Below, piece by piece: positions 18,977 to 28,356 of a stretch of DNA of 64,000 nucleotides. The notes under the pieces were generated by a model. The model was not told where the DNA came from and made no database searches. It saw nothing but the letters and a program-made list of their open reading frames with translations. Origin of the DNA: Candidatus Marinacidobacterales bacterium. GTDB taxonomy: Bacteria > Acidobacteriota > Vicinamibacteria > Marinacidobacterales > DATDRI01. Made by a program: the position numbers and the translations under genes. The stretch is from NCBI GenBank assembly GCA_965226495.1, contig OZ245365.1, positions 1,728,001 to 1,792,000 of the forward strand, written 5' to 3'. How positions within the stretch are numbered: position 1 is the stretch's first letter; each line of letters opens with the position of its first letter.

Positions 18977-19519
18977 ATGGAGAATGCAGTGAGATCAGGC
19001 GCGGCGTACGTGGTGTTGGTTGTGGCGAACATCCTCTCCGTCGCTGGCTGGGGTTGCCAAGGTTTGTCCCAGCGTCGAACCGCCACAATGCGAGCATCTT
19101 CAATGGAACCCACGATCGAGAACGGAGCGGTTGTTCGCTATGAACTCCTTTCCGAAGACAACGCCGGTGCCGTCCGGCGTGGCGAAGTAGTTGTTGTTAA
19201 ACCGCCGCTCGAGACGAAGAGAAACGAATGGCTCAAGAGAGTGGTGGCCCTTGAGGGAGACGTCGTCGAGATACGAGAGGATCGTATGTTCGTTAACGGA
19301 GAAGTTGTGCTAGCGGAGTATGGCAGACATCCTGCAGAACGCGACCCTCCGAACGGAGAGAAATACCGCTCTTCACCGACCGGGTCGACGCAGGCGCCGG
19401 TAGCAGTCCCGGCAGGCACGGTTTTCGTCATCGGTGACAATTGGGAAAATTCTATGGACAGTCGCCATTTCGGCCCGATACCCTTGGAGTCGATCGTCGG
19501 TATCGTCGAGCTGGACTGA
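18977..19519 (+). CDS. Signal peptidase I (S26), last clear cassette gene
   Basis: SMEPT, LKRVVALEGD and GDNWENSMDSRHFG motifs. Confidence 0.88.
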   Translation: MENAVRSGAAYVVLVVANILSVAGWGCQGLSQRRTATMRASSMEPTIENGAVVRYELLSEDNAGAVRRGEVVVVKPPLETKRNEWLKRVVALEGDVVEIREDRMFVNGEVVLAEYGRHPAERDPPNGEKYRSSPTGSTQAPVAVPAGTVFVIGDNWENSMDSRHFGPIPLESIVGIVELD

Positions 19520-19625
19520 AGGCAGGGGTGGTCAGTCGCGAAGAGCTCAACGACGATGCGATAGCCCGCTTGATTGCGGCTAGAGACCGCGTGTTTTAGA
19601 TATTCTCTACGCCCTCGCCATAGTA

Positions 19626-19865
19626 GTGGGGTTGGTCCTTATTTGGGCCAAATTGAATCGCTCGACCGGTGAGCGATTGCTAAGGCGGGATGTTTCTCCT
19701 CCTTCTGGCGAGGGGACCGAGACAGATGTGGAGCGCCTCGTCGTGGCGGGACGTCGCATTGACGCCATTAAGCTATACCGGGAGATTCACAGCGTCGGAC
19801 TCAAGGAAGCCAAAGACGTCGTAGACAAGCTCGTTGGGCGTCTCGACCGTGGACCAAGGGAATGA
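19626..19865 (+). CDS. Small protein with ribosomal L7/L12 C-terminal-like domain
   Basis: IDAIKLYREIHSVGLKEAKDVVD; start uncertain. Confidence 0.6.
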   Translation: MGLVLIWAKLNRSTGERLLRRDVSPPSGEGTETDVERLVVAGRRIDAIKLYREIHSVGLKEAKDVVDKLVGRLDRGPRE

Positions 19866-20075
19866 GAGGTGCACGGCGGACACGGAAAGCCGGCGTTTTG
19901 CTCTCGGGGTTCAGCTCTCATCGAGGATAGATGTTCGACTCGAGGTGCGTGGGTTCGGGGCTAAGCGGAGTTTGTCATTCGATACCCCCAACGACTGGAT
20001 TTTCAACAGTATGGGATTTTTCGGCGGGAGCTTCCGATTCTGATATGGTACGGAGGTCTGTGCTCGGCCCCCACC

Positions 20076-20480
20076 ATGAAACAAACCATTGGCCACGTTG
20101 CTCTTGTCGTTAGAGACTACGACGAGGCCATCGAGTTCTTCACACAAAAGCTCCGCTTCAGGCTGATCGAGGATCTCGCGCAGGAGGGCAAGCGGTGGGT
20201 CCTGGTCGCTCCTCCCAACTCAACGGGCCCGAGTCTACTTCTTGCCCGAGCGTCGACGCCGGAACAGGAGTCTCGCATTGGCAACCAGACCGGAGGTCGG
20301 GTGTTTCTTTTCCTGCACACCGATGACTTCGCCCGGGACTACGCGGAGATGACGGACCGCGGCGTCCAATTCTTGGAAGCGCCGCGGGACGAAGCCTACG
20401 GCAAGGTTGCTGTCTTTGAAGACCTCTATGGTAACAAGTGGGACCTGTTGGAGTTGAGAGGCGATACCGTCTCCCATTGA
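20076..20480 (+). CDS. VOC/glyoxalase family protein
   Basis: VRDYDEAIEFF...GNQTGGRVFLFL...DLYGNKWDL. Confidence 0.9.
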   Translation: MKQTIGHVALVVRDYDEAIEFFTQKLRFRLIEDLAQEGKRWVLVAPPNSTGPSLLLARASTPEQESRIGNQTGGRVFLFLHTDDFARDYAEMTDRGVQFLEAPRDEAYGKVAVFEDLYGNKWDLLELRGDTVSH

Positions 20481-20513
20481 TGATTGATGGCGAGGGTGAT
20501 CCGGAGGAAGCCC

Positions 20514-20864
20514 ATGGACATTCGAGTCAAACGAGTCTACGAGCCACCATCGAAAAGCGACGGGCGGCGGGTTCTGGTGGATCGGCTTTGGCCGCGAGGT
20601 TTGTCAAAGGCGGGCGCGAAGATCGACTACTGGCCCAAGGAAATCGCCCCGTCGACCGAGCTTCGCAAGTGGTATGGCCACGAGCCGGATAAGTGGCCCG
20701 AATTCAAGCGGCGGTACTTCAAGGAGTTGAAGTCCAAAGCCGCCGCGGTTCAGGCTCTCCTCGACTACGTCGGCAGCGGGAAGGTGACGTTCGTTTACGG
20801 GTCGAAGGAGGAACGTCTCAACAATGTCGCCGCGCTGAAGGAGTACCTGGACAAGCGGGGATAG
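20514..20864 (+). CDS. DUF488/YeaO family protein
   Basis: KRVYE...DGRRVLVDRLWPRG...APSTELRKWYGH. Confidence 0.9.
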   Translation: MDIRVKRVYEPPSKSDGRRVLVDRLWPRGLSKAGAKIDYWPKEIAPSTELRKWYGHEPDKWPEFKRRYFKELKSKAAAVQALLDYVGSGKVTFVYGSKEERLNNVAALKEYLDKRG

Positions 20865-21010
20865 TGCCTCGCCGGACGGGCGCTCGGAGCAGCCAGGGCA
20901 AAGAGAACTTTACTTTGTGAATGCTTCCCCGACGGTCGATGGCATCTTGTTCTATATCGAGGGGGCAGGGAACGAGGGTCGGCAGACGCCATTTGTTGGT
21001 GCAGCTAACG

Positions 21011-21295
21011 ATGAACAAAGAAGTGGTGGACACCTACTACTCGGAGGACGGTTGGCATAGAGTCGAGATCGTGCGGCGTTCGGATCGGCTACTCGAAATC
21101 ATACCCGCTTCTTGGCGTCGTGAGCTCGTCGAAGGGTACGGTGAAGTCAGCGAACCGTACTGGTCTCCGAATAGGAGCTCACCGGTGAAACTGTGTGACA
21201 CGATGGAAAGGGCAAAGGAGATGGCGTTGGAAGAACTGCGGTTACTTTCTGGCAGCGATGGTTGGACAGGCTCATGGCAAGAACCAACGTCCTAA
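21011..21295 (+). CDS. Hypothetical protein
   Basis: ORF only. Confidence 0.45.
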   Translation: MNKEVVDTYYSEDGWHRVEIVRRSDRLLEIIPASWRRELVEGYGEVSEPYWSPNRSSPVKLCDTMERAKEMALEELRLLSGSDGWTGSWQEPTS

Positions 21296-21681
21296 GCGGA
21301 CCACGCCTGAGGGGATCGGTTTGACCCTAATGTTCGTACGGGTGCAATTGATTCACAAGGGAGAATTACTATGAAGCCGACGATCCAGCGCACGCCACAC
21401 GTCTCGCTAAAGATGGTCGCGGCTCTTCTCTAGGTTCTTGGTTCGGTTGGCAATGACACAACAGCTGAAGAAACGAATCGGCTCATCGGCGATGTTCTGT
21501 CGGTGTACGAGATCAGCGACGAACTCGGTCGATCTTGCAAGGGTCTATTCAGCCGCTGTTCGTCCGAGCTCGCCGCGCATGAAGAAATTGCCACGAGCGT
21601 AGGGAATGGTCATGGAATGGTTTACAAACCTTATGAGGAGTGGGTGGGGCCCACCCTGCGGTGGGCCGAGAGATAGTCGAT

Positions 21682-22515
21682 ATGAGTGACGCTCGCAAGA
21701 ATGTATCCGAACACTACACCCAGGGTGACCTCGAACAGCGCATTCTGTCGGCGCTCGAGGAAGCTGGGAAGGATCTCGATTCGCTCTCCGTCGACGACTT
21801 GGCACCAGTGGATGAGTTTCACATTCGCGGGAGGACGGCGACCGAGGAGCTGGCGAAGCTGGCGGAGATCCAGCCGGGGCAGGCGTTGCTCGACGTCGGC
21901 TGTGGTTTGGGTGGAACGAGCCGCTATCTGGCGAGCACGTTCGGTTGTAACGCCGTGGGCGTGGACTTGACCGAGGAGTATTGTCGCGTCGCCGAAAAGC
22001 TGTCGGCGCGAGTTGGACTCGCCGATCGAACCGTCTTTCGGCAAGGGAGCGCTCTCGGTCTACCGTTTCCAGATGGTCAATTCGATGTCGTTTGGACGGA
22101 GCACGTTCAGATGAACATCCCGGATAAAGCCGGCTTTTACCGCGAGCTTCGCCGAGTTTTAAAACCCCACGGACGACTCGCGTTTCACGATATCTTCGCG
22201 GGCGCCAACGAGGGCGTCCATTTCCCGGTTCCATGGGCATCGGATGCCTCGATTAGCCATTTGATCTCCGTCGAAGAGCTAAAGACTCTTCTCACTGATC
22301 TGGGTTTATCGGCGTTGTGCTGGGAGGACAAGAGCAAGGCCTCTATAGTTTTTTTCAAGACTTCGCAAAAGCGGATACGAACCAAGGGTTGGCTTCCGGT
22401 CGGGCTACATTTGTTGATGGGGGACGACGCCTCGACTAAATTCGGAAACGTACTTCGCAACCTGGAAGAGGGTCGCGTGCTGGTGATTCAGGCTGTGATG
22501 GAGTGCGCGGTTTAG
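21682..22515 (+). CDS. Class I SAM-dependent methyltransferase
   Basis: DEFHIRG, LDVGCGLGG, LPFPDGQFD, RVLKPHG. Confidence 0.9.
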   Translation: MSDARKNVSEHYTQGDLEQRILSALEEAGKDLDSLSVDDLAPVDEFHIRGRTATEELAKLAEIQPGQALLDVGCGLGGTSRYLASTFGCNAVGVDLTEEYCRVAEKLSARVGLADRTVFRQGSALGLPFPDGQFDVVWTEHVQMNIPDKAGFYRELRRVLKPHGRLAFHDIFAGANEGVHFPVPWASDASISHLISVEELKTLLTDLGLSALCWEDKSKASIVFFKTSQKRIRTKGWLPVGLHLLMGDDASTKFGNVLRNLEEGRVLVIQAVMECAV

Positions 22516-22522
22516 CGGACCG

Positions 22523-23140
22523 ATGAGCGTCGGTCTGCTTATCTTTCTCGTGATCGTGAGTGGGCTTGGGCTCGGTTGGGTAATGCACCGGCATTCGGTG
22601 CGCCGTATGACGCCAGCCTTGAGGCGCCTGGCCCTGGAGCGGGATGGAGTCGTGGAATCGCCTAGCCTCGTCTCGATGCCGAAGTTGCTTTTTTCGCACG
22701 CCGGCGCCGCGGTCGAAGTCTCCAGCGCATCCTCGGGATCGGAGGGACAGTCGGGGCGCTATACTTACGTGCTCTTCTCCGGGCTGGACTGTAGACCATT
22801 CGAGTTTCGAATTCGCCCTCGATCGCTACAGACCATCGGGGACGCCGCCCTCGGGATCAAGAAGCCGATGCCTCAGCTACCGGGTCGGCTGGGAGAGCGG
22901 CTGGCCATCTATACGAACGATGAGACCCAAATGGAGTCTGTGCTATCAGAGCGAGTGCGGGTGGATCTCCTGTCATGGGCGGAGCAGGAAAAGGAAAATC
23001 AGATCGAGGATGTTCGCAACTACGACGATAAGCTGATCTATGCCGTCACCGGCACGCTGGGCGAACACAAGGAGTATCAACTCCTTCTCGAAACGGCGTG
23101 TCGGTTCTACGACGCCGTGACGAACGCGGTATCCAATTAG
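22523..23140 (+). CDS. Membrane-anchored hypothetical protein
   Basis: N-terminal TM segment; operon-like spacing. Confidence 0.65.
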   Translation: MSVGLLIFLVIVSGLGLGWVMHRHSVRRMTPALRRLALERDGVVESPSLVSMPKLLFSHAGAAVEVSSASSGSEGQSGRYTYVLFSGLDCRPFEFRIRPRSLQTIGDAALGIKKPMPQLPGRLGERLAIYTNDETQMESVLSERVRVDLLSWAEQEKENQIEDVRNYDDKLIYAVTGTLGEHKEYQLLLETACRFYDAVTNAVSN

Positions 23141-23159
23141 TTCTAATAGAAGGTGATAT

Positions 23160-24119
23160 ATGCAGAAGGTTGTCCTTTGCGGAATGTTCCTCTTAATTGC
23201 AGGCGCGGCGACTGAAGCGGCGCAGAAGGAACACAATGTCACCGTCACGATTCTGACCACCAATGCCGCGGACACCGTTGGGCAAGGCGAATGGAGTTTC
23301 GCCGCTTGGGTCGAGGTGGATGGTCGCGCTTTCCTGTTCGACACGGGCTGGTCGCCTGGGAACGTTCTCTCGAACGCCGGGGCGCTCGGGATCGATCTTT
23401 CCGTTGCCGAGGATCTGGTCCTCAGCCATCATCACGGCGATCATACCGGGGGCCTCGAAACTCTGAGGACGGAGTTGTCGAAGCGGAACCCCAAGGCGCT
23501 TTCCCGGATTCACGCGGCAGAGGGGATTTTCACCGCGCGACCGTCCCTGGATGGGAGCGAAAGAAACCCCATGGTGGCGTTGCGCAAACGGCTCGAGGAA
23601 TCCGGTGCCACCTTCATTATCTATGATCGGGCAACCGAGCTTGCTGATGGAGTGTGGATCACGGGTCCGGTTCCAAGGCCGCACGACGAAAAAGTCTATC
23701 CGGTCGGTCCCCAATGGGTTATGAAGCAAGGCGGTTCCAACGTGCCGGATATCGTCCCTGAGAGCCAGTCGCTGGTGGTGGTAGCAGATGGCGGTCCGGT
23801 CGTCGTGTCCGGGTGCGGTCATGCCGGCCTGATCGATACGCTCGAACACGTCCGGAGCAAAGTTTCCGACGCGTCACCGCAGGCAGCGATCGGTGGGTTT
23901 CATCTCTTTGCTGCATCAGACGACGTTCTGATCTGGACCAGCAAGGAGCTCGAGAAACTCGGGCTCGGCTATTTCTTGGGCTCGCACTGCACCGGTTTCG
24001 AGAGCGTGTATCGTATTCGGGAGCTCGGCTCGATGGGCCGCGACAGGGCGCTGGTGGGTGCCATCGGGACCAAGTTCGTGAGCGGGAAGGGCATCGAGGC
24101 TGGCGCCATCAATCGCTAA
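23160..24119 (+). CDS. MBL-fold metallohydrolase with signal peptide (paralog of 7794-8774)
   Basis: SHHHGDHTGG, PESQSLV, SGCGHAG, GGFHL, HCTG. Confidence 0.88.
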   Translation: MQKVVLCGMFLLIAGAATEAAQKEHNVTVTILTTNAADTVGQGEWSFAAWVEVDGRAFLFDTGWSPGNVLSNAGALGIDLSVAEDLVLSHHHGDHTGGLETLRTELSKRNPKALSRIHAAEGIFTARPSLDGSERNPMVALRKRLEESGATFIIYDRATELADGVWITGPVPRPHDEKVYPVGPQWVMKQGGSNVPDIVPESQSLVVVADGGPVVVSGCGHAGLIDTLEHVRSKVSDASPQAAIGGFHLFAASDDVLIWTSKELEKLGLGYFLGSHCTGFESVYRIRELGSMGRDRALVGAIGTKFVSGKGIEAGAINR

Positions 24120-24129
24120 GAGGAACCGC

Positions 24130-24597
24130 ATGCAAAGCGAACTAATAGAAGCGTGGCGGACCAACAATCGAATCAACCTGTTTCTCATCCAGCGTATCAG
24201 TGCCGCAGGGATGAAATGCACTCTCTCGAAGCGAGGTGGGCGGGATGTGGCCCTTCAGTTTGCACATATCCACAACGTACGCGTTTGGCACCTCGAGAAG
24301 CGAGCGAAGGATTTGTCGAAGGGACTTGCGACGTTCGAGAGCAAGGTGAGCCCCAAGAAAACCGAGCTCAAGAAGGCCCTTACCGCGTCTGGCCGGGCGG
24401 TCGAGACCTTCCTCGGAGACGTGCTTTCTGGAAAGCCGCGGCGGCGCGGGTTCAAGAAAGGGCTTTTCACCACGCTCTCTTACTTCGTTGCCCACGAGAG
24501 TCACCATCGCGGTAGCATCTTGCTGACGTTGAAGGAGCGCGGTCATTCGCTCGACAACGCGACCGCCTACGCAATCTGGGGCTGGGATCAAATGTGA
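24130..24597 (+). CDS. DinB family protein
   Basis: AHIHNVR...HESHHRG. Confidence 0.85.
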   Translation: MQSELIEAWRTNNRINLFLIQRISAAGMKCTLSKRGGRDVALQFAHIHNVRVWHLEKRAKDLSKGLATFESKVSPKKTELKKALTASGRAVETFLGDVLSGKPRRRGFKKGLFTTLSYFVAHESHHRGSILLTLKERGHSLDNATAYAIWGWDQM

Positions 24598-24646
24598 CGA
24601 ACCGGGAGCATGGACGAGTTATCAAAACGGTTTATAATCACTTCGC

Positions 24647-25330
24647 ATGAAACGCTACATCGCAGAATCCATCGGAACGTTTGCGCTCGTATTCGCGGGT
24701 ACGGCGGCCATTGTCATTAACGAACTGAACGGCGGCGTCATTTCCCACGTCGGGGTGGCCATGACGTTTGGCCTGGTGGTCATGGCAATGATCTATTCGG
24801 TCGGAGATGTTTCCGGTGCGCATCTGAACCCCGCCGTGACGCTGGGGTTCTGGGCTTCGGGCCGCATGTCAGGACGCGACGTTCTGCCGTACGTGGTGAG
24901 TCAGTCGGCGGGCGCCCTGGTTGCCAGCCTCGTCGTACGCGCATTGTTTTTCGAGAGTCAGACTCTCGGCGCCACCCTTCCAGCCGGTCGGGTCTCGCAA
25001 TCCTTCCTTCTCGAAGTGCTCCTAACTTCCATCCTGATGTTTGTGATTCTCGGCGTTTCCACCGGTGCCAAAGAAAAGGGTCTCATGGCTGGCATGGCCG
25101 TAGGTGGAGCCGTCGCCCTGGGCGCTCTTTGCGGAGGTCCGGTCTCCGGTGCGTCGATGAATCCGGCGCGATCCCTAGGACCCGCCCTCGTGAGCGGACA
25201 GGTGCAGGCGCTTTGGATTTACTTGACGGCGCCGGTGATCGGCGCGTTTATCGCAGTCGGCGCGTGCCGCTGCGTGCGGGACTCGGATTGCTGCAGTCCA
25301 GCCACCACCAATGTTCAAATAGAACAGTGA
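24647..25330 (+). CDS. MIP family aquaporin/aquaglyceroporin
   Basis: Two NPA boxes (SGAHLNPAV, SMNPARS); Cys-rich tail. Confidence 0.93.
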   Translation: MKRYIAESIGTFALVFAGTAAIVINELNGGVISHVGVAMTFGLVVMAMIYSVGDVSGAHLNPAVTLGFWASGRMSGRDVLPYVVSQSAGALVASLVVRALFFESQTLGATLPAGRVSQSFLLEVLLTSILMFVILGVSTGAKEKGLMAGMAVGGAVALGALCGGPVSGASMNPARSLGPALVSGQVQALWIYLTAPVIGAFIAVGACRCVRDSDCCSPATTNVQIEQ

Positions 25331-25386
25331 CCTCGGGACTTTGCTGCGGCTGAACTCCCGGTCGCCGGAAAGGATACTGAAGGCTT

Positions 25387-25800
25387 TTGGGAAAGACGCT
25401 CCTCCACCGACTCTTTGGAGCGGGTCGCATTCCCAAGGCGATGTTGCCCATCTTGCAGCAAGAGGGCATCGTGCTCCTCGACGAAGGCATCGGGGGGAGT
25501 ATCATCTTTCGGAACTTCCGAGCCCCCGGAAAGCGCTATAGCTACCGCAGCAATTGGTTTACCGGCTCGCTGGTCCTAACCGGGATACGTTTCGCTGGTT
25601 TTCAGTACTCCAAGCCGATCATCAACGTGCCTCTCGAGGAGAAGTGGCTCAACGAGCTGGATTGCTCGGTCCGACGCGAGAAGACACTCTCGGTATCCTT
25701 CGATTCGTCTGCATTCCACGAAGATTGGTCCGGCATGATCGAGTGCCGGTTCTCGACGAACTACGCGCGTCTTTTTCTAGAGCGGCTCGAACGCCGATAG
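25387..25800 (+). CDS. Hypothetical protein
   Basis: Co-oriented ORF; start uncertain. Confidence 0.55.
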   Translation: MGKTLLHRLFGAGRIPKAMLPILQQEGIVLLDEGIGGSIIFRNFRAPGKRYSYRSNWFTGSLVLTGIRFAGFQYSKPIINVPLEEKWLNELDCSVRREKTLSVSFDSSAFHEDWSGMIECRFSTNYARLFLERLERR

Positions 25801-25867
25801 GTGGGGTTTTTGCATTCCCCTCAGGCCGATTAGAATATCCGGGCCCTGGCCGTTTGGAGGTGTTCCG

Positions 25868-26404
25868 ATGAGAGCTCTGATAGCCGTCTTCACCACAAGT
25901 CTCGCGGCGGGGCCCCCGCCCACGGCCTCGGAGGCGCCGTCTGCTACGGTCCTGACCGCAAGCGCATTCATCGAGGCGAGCTATGAGGCGGTTTGGGAGA
26001 GATTTACCAAAGCCGAGGCGTACGAAGCGTGGTACTCGTCACCATGTCGGGAGTTCGGAGCTCACCCCGGAGACCCTGTCGTCTGGGGGAACGAGGAACG
26101 GGTTCTCTACCGTGGGGCGCTGGAGAGAATAGAAAAGGGTGTGGGTTTGACCCATACGTTTCAGTTCGTGGGCTTCGGCTTCGAAGAGCCTCCCACTTCG
26201 GTAGAGATCGATATCTTCGAGCGCGGCGAAACCGTGCTGGTTGCGATCCGCCACGATTGCACCGAGGCTCCCAAGACATGCGAGATAATCAGCCCCGTGG
26301 GATGGCTGAAATCCCTCTCGAGACTCAAGACGCTTCTGGAGACCGGCCGAGCGATGCCATGGCCAGAAGACCCCAAGTCTCCCAACTCTGGTGATAGCAG
26401 GTGA
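25868..26404 (+). CDS. SRPBCC/AHSA1 domain protein
   Basis: FIEASYEAVWERFT...GWLKSLSRLKTLLETG. Confidence 0.8.
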   Translation: MRALIAVFTTSLAAGPPPTASEAPSATVLTASAFIEASYEAVWERFTKAEAYEAWYSSPCREFGAHPGDPVVWGNEERVLYRGALERIEKGVGLTHTFQFVGFGFEEPPTSVEIDIFERGETVLVAIRHDCTEAPKTCEIISPVGWLKSLSRLKTLLETGRAMPWPEDPKSPNSGDSR

Positions 26405-26407
26405 CCG

Positions 26408-26689
26408 ATGTGCAGAAACATCAAGACGCTCTTTAACTTCGCTCCTCCCGCCACCGATGCAGAGGTTCGATCGGCATCCGTTCAATTCGTTCGGAAGTTG
26501 AGCGGGTTTACCAAACCCTCCAAGGTCAACGAGGCCGCGTTCGACCGCGCGGTCGAAGACGTTGCGGCAGTCGCCAGTGAGTTGATCGGTGCTCTCGTCA
26601 CGACCTCACCGACACGCAACCGGGAAGAGGAAGCGGAGAAGGCACGGGCCCGGGTCGAGAAGCGCTTCGGCAACGCGCGAAGCGCCTAG
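26408..26689 (+). CDS. DUF2277 family protein
   Basis: MCRNIKTLFNFAPPAT...QFVRKLSG. Confidence 0.88.
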   Translation: MCRNIKTLFNFAPPATDAEVRSASVQFVRKLSGFTKPSKVNEAAFDRAVEDVAAVASELIGALVTTSPTRNREEEAEKARARVEKRFGNARSA

Positions 26690-26692
26690 TGA

Positions 26693-26815
26693 GGGGGTCT
26701 GATCCAAGAATATGACAGGGAATATGACAGGGGTCTGATCTAAAAATGTGCATCCGGGTCAGACTTGTGCACATTTTTAGATCAGACCCCTGCGATAATT
26801 CTGGATCAGACCCCC
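26693..26815. repeat. Nested inverted-repeat element (REP/MITE-like)
   Basis: Outer 14-bp IR gggggtctgatcca; inner perfect 25-bp IR at 26728-26752 / 26768-26792; 12-bp tandem gaatatgacagg. Confidence 0.9.
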
Positions 26816-26828
26816 AGGACTTGTGAAC

Positions 26829-27077
26829 ATGCGTGCTCTCAAGGAATACGACAACGTCCGTATCGTCCGTCTTTTGAAGGAGAACCGGCACTACGACGGA
26901 ACCGACGGAGTACGCCGGGCGCCAGCAGTGGGCGACGTTGGGATCATCGTTCATGAGTACGATCCGGAGGATCCGAGGGGGCCGCTGGCGGTTGAGAAAG
27001 TGGATCCGGATGGGAATGCGCTCTGGCTCGCCGACTTCGAGCGCGACGAGCTCGAGTACGTCGACCCGTTTGTATAG
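26829..27077 (+). CDS. Small DUF4926-like protein
   Basis: KEYDNVRIVRL...GDVGIIVH...VE. Confidence 0.65.
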   Translation: MRALKEYDNVRIVRLLKENRHYDGTDGVRRAPAVGDVGIIVHEYDPEDPRGPLAVEKVDPDGNALWLADFERDELEYVDPFV

Positions 27078-27086
27078 AAAGCAGTC

Positions 27087-28208
27087 ATGAGCGAAGCGCG
27101 CCCCGAGCTGAAGAAGGACATCAGTGCCCTCCAGTTTTTTACTCTCGGCTTCGGAACCATTATCGGAGTCGGTTGGGTGGTGGTGTTGGGGCAATGGCTA
27201 TCGAAGGCTGGACCCCTTGGCGCGATCTTGGGTTTTGCGGGGGGCGGCTTGATCATGATGCTGGTCGCGCTCTGTTACGCAGAGATGTCTGGCCAGCTAC
27301 CCGTGGCGGGTGGGGAAGTGGCCTACGCCTACGAGCTCTACGGCGTCAACGTGAGCTTCGCCATCGGTTGGGCAATGGCCTTGATTTACATCGCCACCAC
27401 GACGTTCGAGGCACTGTCGGTGGGGTGGGTGGCAGGCGCGCTGCTCGAAGGCTTCGAAGGTCGGATTCTCTACACCGTGCGGGGTGATCCGGTTTATCTG
27501 GGGAGCCTCGCGCTCGGTCTCGGGGGGATGGCGCTTCTCACCTACCTGAATTATCGCGGCGCCAAGGCCGCCACTCGATTTCAAGACGTTCTCACGTACG
27601 GCGTTCTCGGCCTCTCGCTGATTTTCATTACCGCGGGACTCGTTTGGGGCAAAACTGCAAACTTGGAGCCCTTGTTTCAGCAGACGAGCTCGGCAGGCAT
27701 GGGTATTGTGGGAGTCCTGGTCACAGCGCCGTTCTGGTATGGCGGCTTCAATGTCATCCCGCAAGCGATCGAGGAAATGGCTCCTGGCACCTCGGTCAAG
27801 ATGGTGGGCCGGATGATCCTCCTGTCGCTGTTCTTTGCGGGACTCTTTTACTGCTTGATCATACTCTCCGCTTCCATGAGTATGCCGTGGCAGGAGATGC
27901 TCGAGCTCGAGCTTCCCGCTGCCGGGGCCTTCGAAGCGGCGCTCGACTCTCCCGCGCTCGCGCACTTGGTTCTGTTGGCCGCCTTCTTTGGGATCGTCAC
28001 CACCTGGAACGCGGTCTTCCTGGCCGCTTCCCGAGTGTTGTTCGCGCTGGGCCGGGCCTCTATCATTCCGCCGGCCTTCGCTTCGGTTCATAGCAAGTTT
28101 CGGTCGCCCTCGGTGGCCGTTTTCTTCGTGGGTGTCATCGGTTCCGCCGGCGTCTTCTTAGGCGAGGCGCGATCATGTCCCCGAAGAGGGAAAGGAAATC
28201 ACATCTGA
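27087..28208 (+). pseudogene. APC family amino acid permease, C-terminally truncated
   Basis: GTIIGVGW, AGPLGA, YAEMS, SRVLFALGR; TM pattern stops abruptly near 28165. Confidence 0.75.
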
Positions 28209-28356
28209 GGAAATCGTGGAATATTGTCGGGAGAAGCTAGCGGGTTACAAGATCCCCCGAATCCTCGAGCTCACCGACGAGATCCCCCGGACGCCCACCG
28301 GGAAGATTCAAAAGCACACGTTGATAGAGCGCTTCCCTGGACCGGCACCGGAGTGA
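28170..28356 (+). pseudogene. Orphan 3' fragment of an AMP-binding acyl-CoA ligase
   Basis: Translates EEIVEYCREKLAGYKIPRILELTDEIPRTPTGKIQKHTL...*; its TGA overlaps the GTG of the next gene. Confidence 0.8.

Noticed and set aside
19626-19865. Ribosomal protein gene rplL
   Set aside because: Only a short L7/L12 C-terminal-like motif and no ribosomal operon context
20930-21345. Further attC remnants near 20995 and 21290
   Set aside because: Only partial GTT-like cores and no convincing paired boxes
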